A DNA stretch of 64,000 bases from Octopus sinensis (Eukaryota), in NCBI RefSeq assembly GCF_006345805.1, contig NC_043000.1, positions 66,588,001-66,652,000 of the forward strand, given 5' to 3'. The translations under genes and the position numbers were made by a program. Numbering within the stretch: position 1 is the first letter of the stretch; every line of letters begins with the position of its first letter. The notes below the pieces were generated by a model that was not told the DNA's origin, did no database searches, and worked only from the letters and a program-made list of their open reading frames with translations. Of this stretch, positions 62,105 to 64,000 are shown piece by piece.

Positions 62105-62885
62105 CAGGGGAGTGGTGGGAAAATTGTCGCTATTATATATTTTTTATTTCGCGCATACACATTGTTTGTTTTTGATTTTCCCGACTACACAGTATAGTAG
62201 GGTTCAGTTGGACACCGTCTGTGAGAAAAAAAGCAGCATGACGCAATTCACCCTGCCAGAAATTTGGAAATGACATGCTGTACAGCATGTACCGAGAGTG
62301 ATAAAAATCAAACATTCATGGTGTTTGGAGTGATTATTAGTGATGGCGACATTATGCCTCCATTCATCTTCCCACACGGCCTCAGACTCAACACAGAGAC
62401 CTACATCAAGTGTTTGAATGAGGTAGTGCTGCTCTGGGTCAAGAGGGTGGCTACTGAAAGACTCTATGTCTGGTAACAGGACTCTGCACCATGCCACACA
62501 AGCAGACAATTTCTGTGACCACATCACCCCTAACACCTGGCTACCTAACTCTTCAGACTGCAACCCCCGTGATTATAATGTGTGGGGCGCAGTTGAGCGA
62601 GAGATGAACAAAACTCCTTGTAACACCGAAGATGAACTGAAGGCAAGGATTATAGCAGTTGGTAATTATAGCAGCATTCACCAACTTAAACAAGGAGACC
62701 GTGCAAGAAATTCCGAAGTCATCTAGAGGATGCGGTTGAAGCCAATAGCGATTTTATTGAATAAATTTATTCTTTAGCATTTCAAGATATTTTTATGTAA
62801 TTTTGGTAAATATATCTGTTAAAATGAGATATCTGTTATTTTCATTTTTGCGTTATTTAGACGACAGTTTATTCACCGCACCCTG
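62105..62885 (+). mobile_element. Tc1/mariner-superfamily (maT/DD37D-like) internally deleted element
   Basis: TIRs CAGGGGAGTGGTGGGAAAATTGTCG / CGACAGTTTATTCACCGCACCCTG|TA; MVFGVIISDG, QDSAPCHT, WLPNSSDCNPRDYNVWG; flanked by (CATA)n and (TATG)n. Confidence 0.8.
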
Positions 62886-62917
<32 letters not shown>

Positions 62918-63335
62918 TGTATGTATGTATGTATGTATGTATATGTATGTATGTATGTATGTATTAGTACGTCGCCTGATTTCCTCCTGACCATAAATTA
63001 ACACTAATGGTATATTACAAGAACGAAAAATTTAATTTCTTTGCAACACACTTCTACAAGTCCTTGAATGAACTCTAAATGACCACTGTTAAGATATAAA
63101 TTTAATTGGAAACATCAAAGTTTCTAACTTCTTGAGTTTAAACGTTATATCCGACATTCGTGTAATTTCCTATCCTTCAAGCTGACTTTGCACTTACAAT
63201 AAAGTTCAACTGTAACACAAAAAGCACACAATCTTTGTTGTAAAACGTTAGCAAAATAGCAAAACTCTTCCTACAAGAGAATACCCCATGAAAACCGAAT
63301 AATAAAAGATGCTGTTACAGATGCTGCTGCTGCTG

Positions 63336-63336
<1 letters not shown>

Positions 63337-63417
<81 letters not shown>

Positions 63418-63427
63418 CAACAACAAC
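63337..63427. repeat. (AAT)n/(AAC)n microsatellite
   Basis: Direct. Confidence 0.97.
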
Positions 63428-64000
63428 GCCGCCGACGATGATGGTAACGTCGACAACGATGATGGCAGGGACTGCAGTGACTACAACGACGACGATGATT
63501 ATGAGGATGCAATAATTATTTTGGGCAGCTGCTGTTCTCTTTATAAAATTAAGCGTAGTTCTCGAATGCTGTACTGTTGCCGAAGGTTCTGAATTCCTTT
63601 TCATTTCAAGTCTATTAGATACTACTCAAAGCTCATGAACATAAATTTTTAGCTTAATTTTCAGGCTTGGAACATTTTTTTTTTATAGTTAATGACAGTT
63701 CAGTCCATATTCTATACATAGTCATTGGTTATAAGAAAAGTTTGTGGGAGATTATGGGAGAACACCAGAAAAGAACGCATCCACAGCACAGCGTAACTGC
63801 GACTAGAATCACCAGCATTTAGGATTTAACACACACAATCACATGTATGCATGTACGTCTGCCTGTCTGGATAGATGGATGTGTGTGTGTGTGTGTGTGT
63901 GTGTATAGGCACACAACTATATCGGTTTTCTTTATGACGTACTACTCAAAGTTCATGAAAATAAACTTTTAGCTTTTGAGGCTGAAACATTTTTTAAAAA

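Noticed and set aside
63620-64000. ~60-bp direct repeat (63621-63685 and 63941-64000)
   Set aside because: Second copy is cut by the window edge; cannot be interpreted

Overview
AT-rich, intron-rich and repeat-dense animal DNA. The SINE and microsatellite repertoire points to an octopus/coleoid cephalopod (inference). The only host gene I can support is the 3' half of a taxilin gene (+ strand, 7 coding exons, 586-16895). The rest is mobile DNA: a full-length Tx1/L1-clade LINE (24821-30177), a RepHel Helitron with nested non-autonomous Helitrons, RTE, CR1-like and Penelope-like fragments, hAT, Tc1/mariner and piggyBac-type elements, a solo LTR and many tRNA-derived SINEs. Best finding: an apparent self-targeting LINE/SINE pair. 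The Tx1 sits in a SINE tRNA-like head with an exact 13-bp TSD. One SINE tail variant resembles the Tx1 3' end, and all three copies with that tail sit inside another SINE head, two at the same site as the LINE. The nests are bracketed by the TSDs of the original host SINE. Also found: an intact-looking type I hammerhead ribozyme (35677-35780, -), a Penelope-tail/tRNA-like/hammerhead cassette, and a duplicated empty site that fixes the limits of a 3.1-kb Helitron insertion. All calls were made by eye with no database search, so novelty is unverified.
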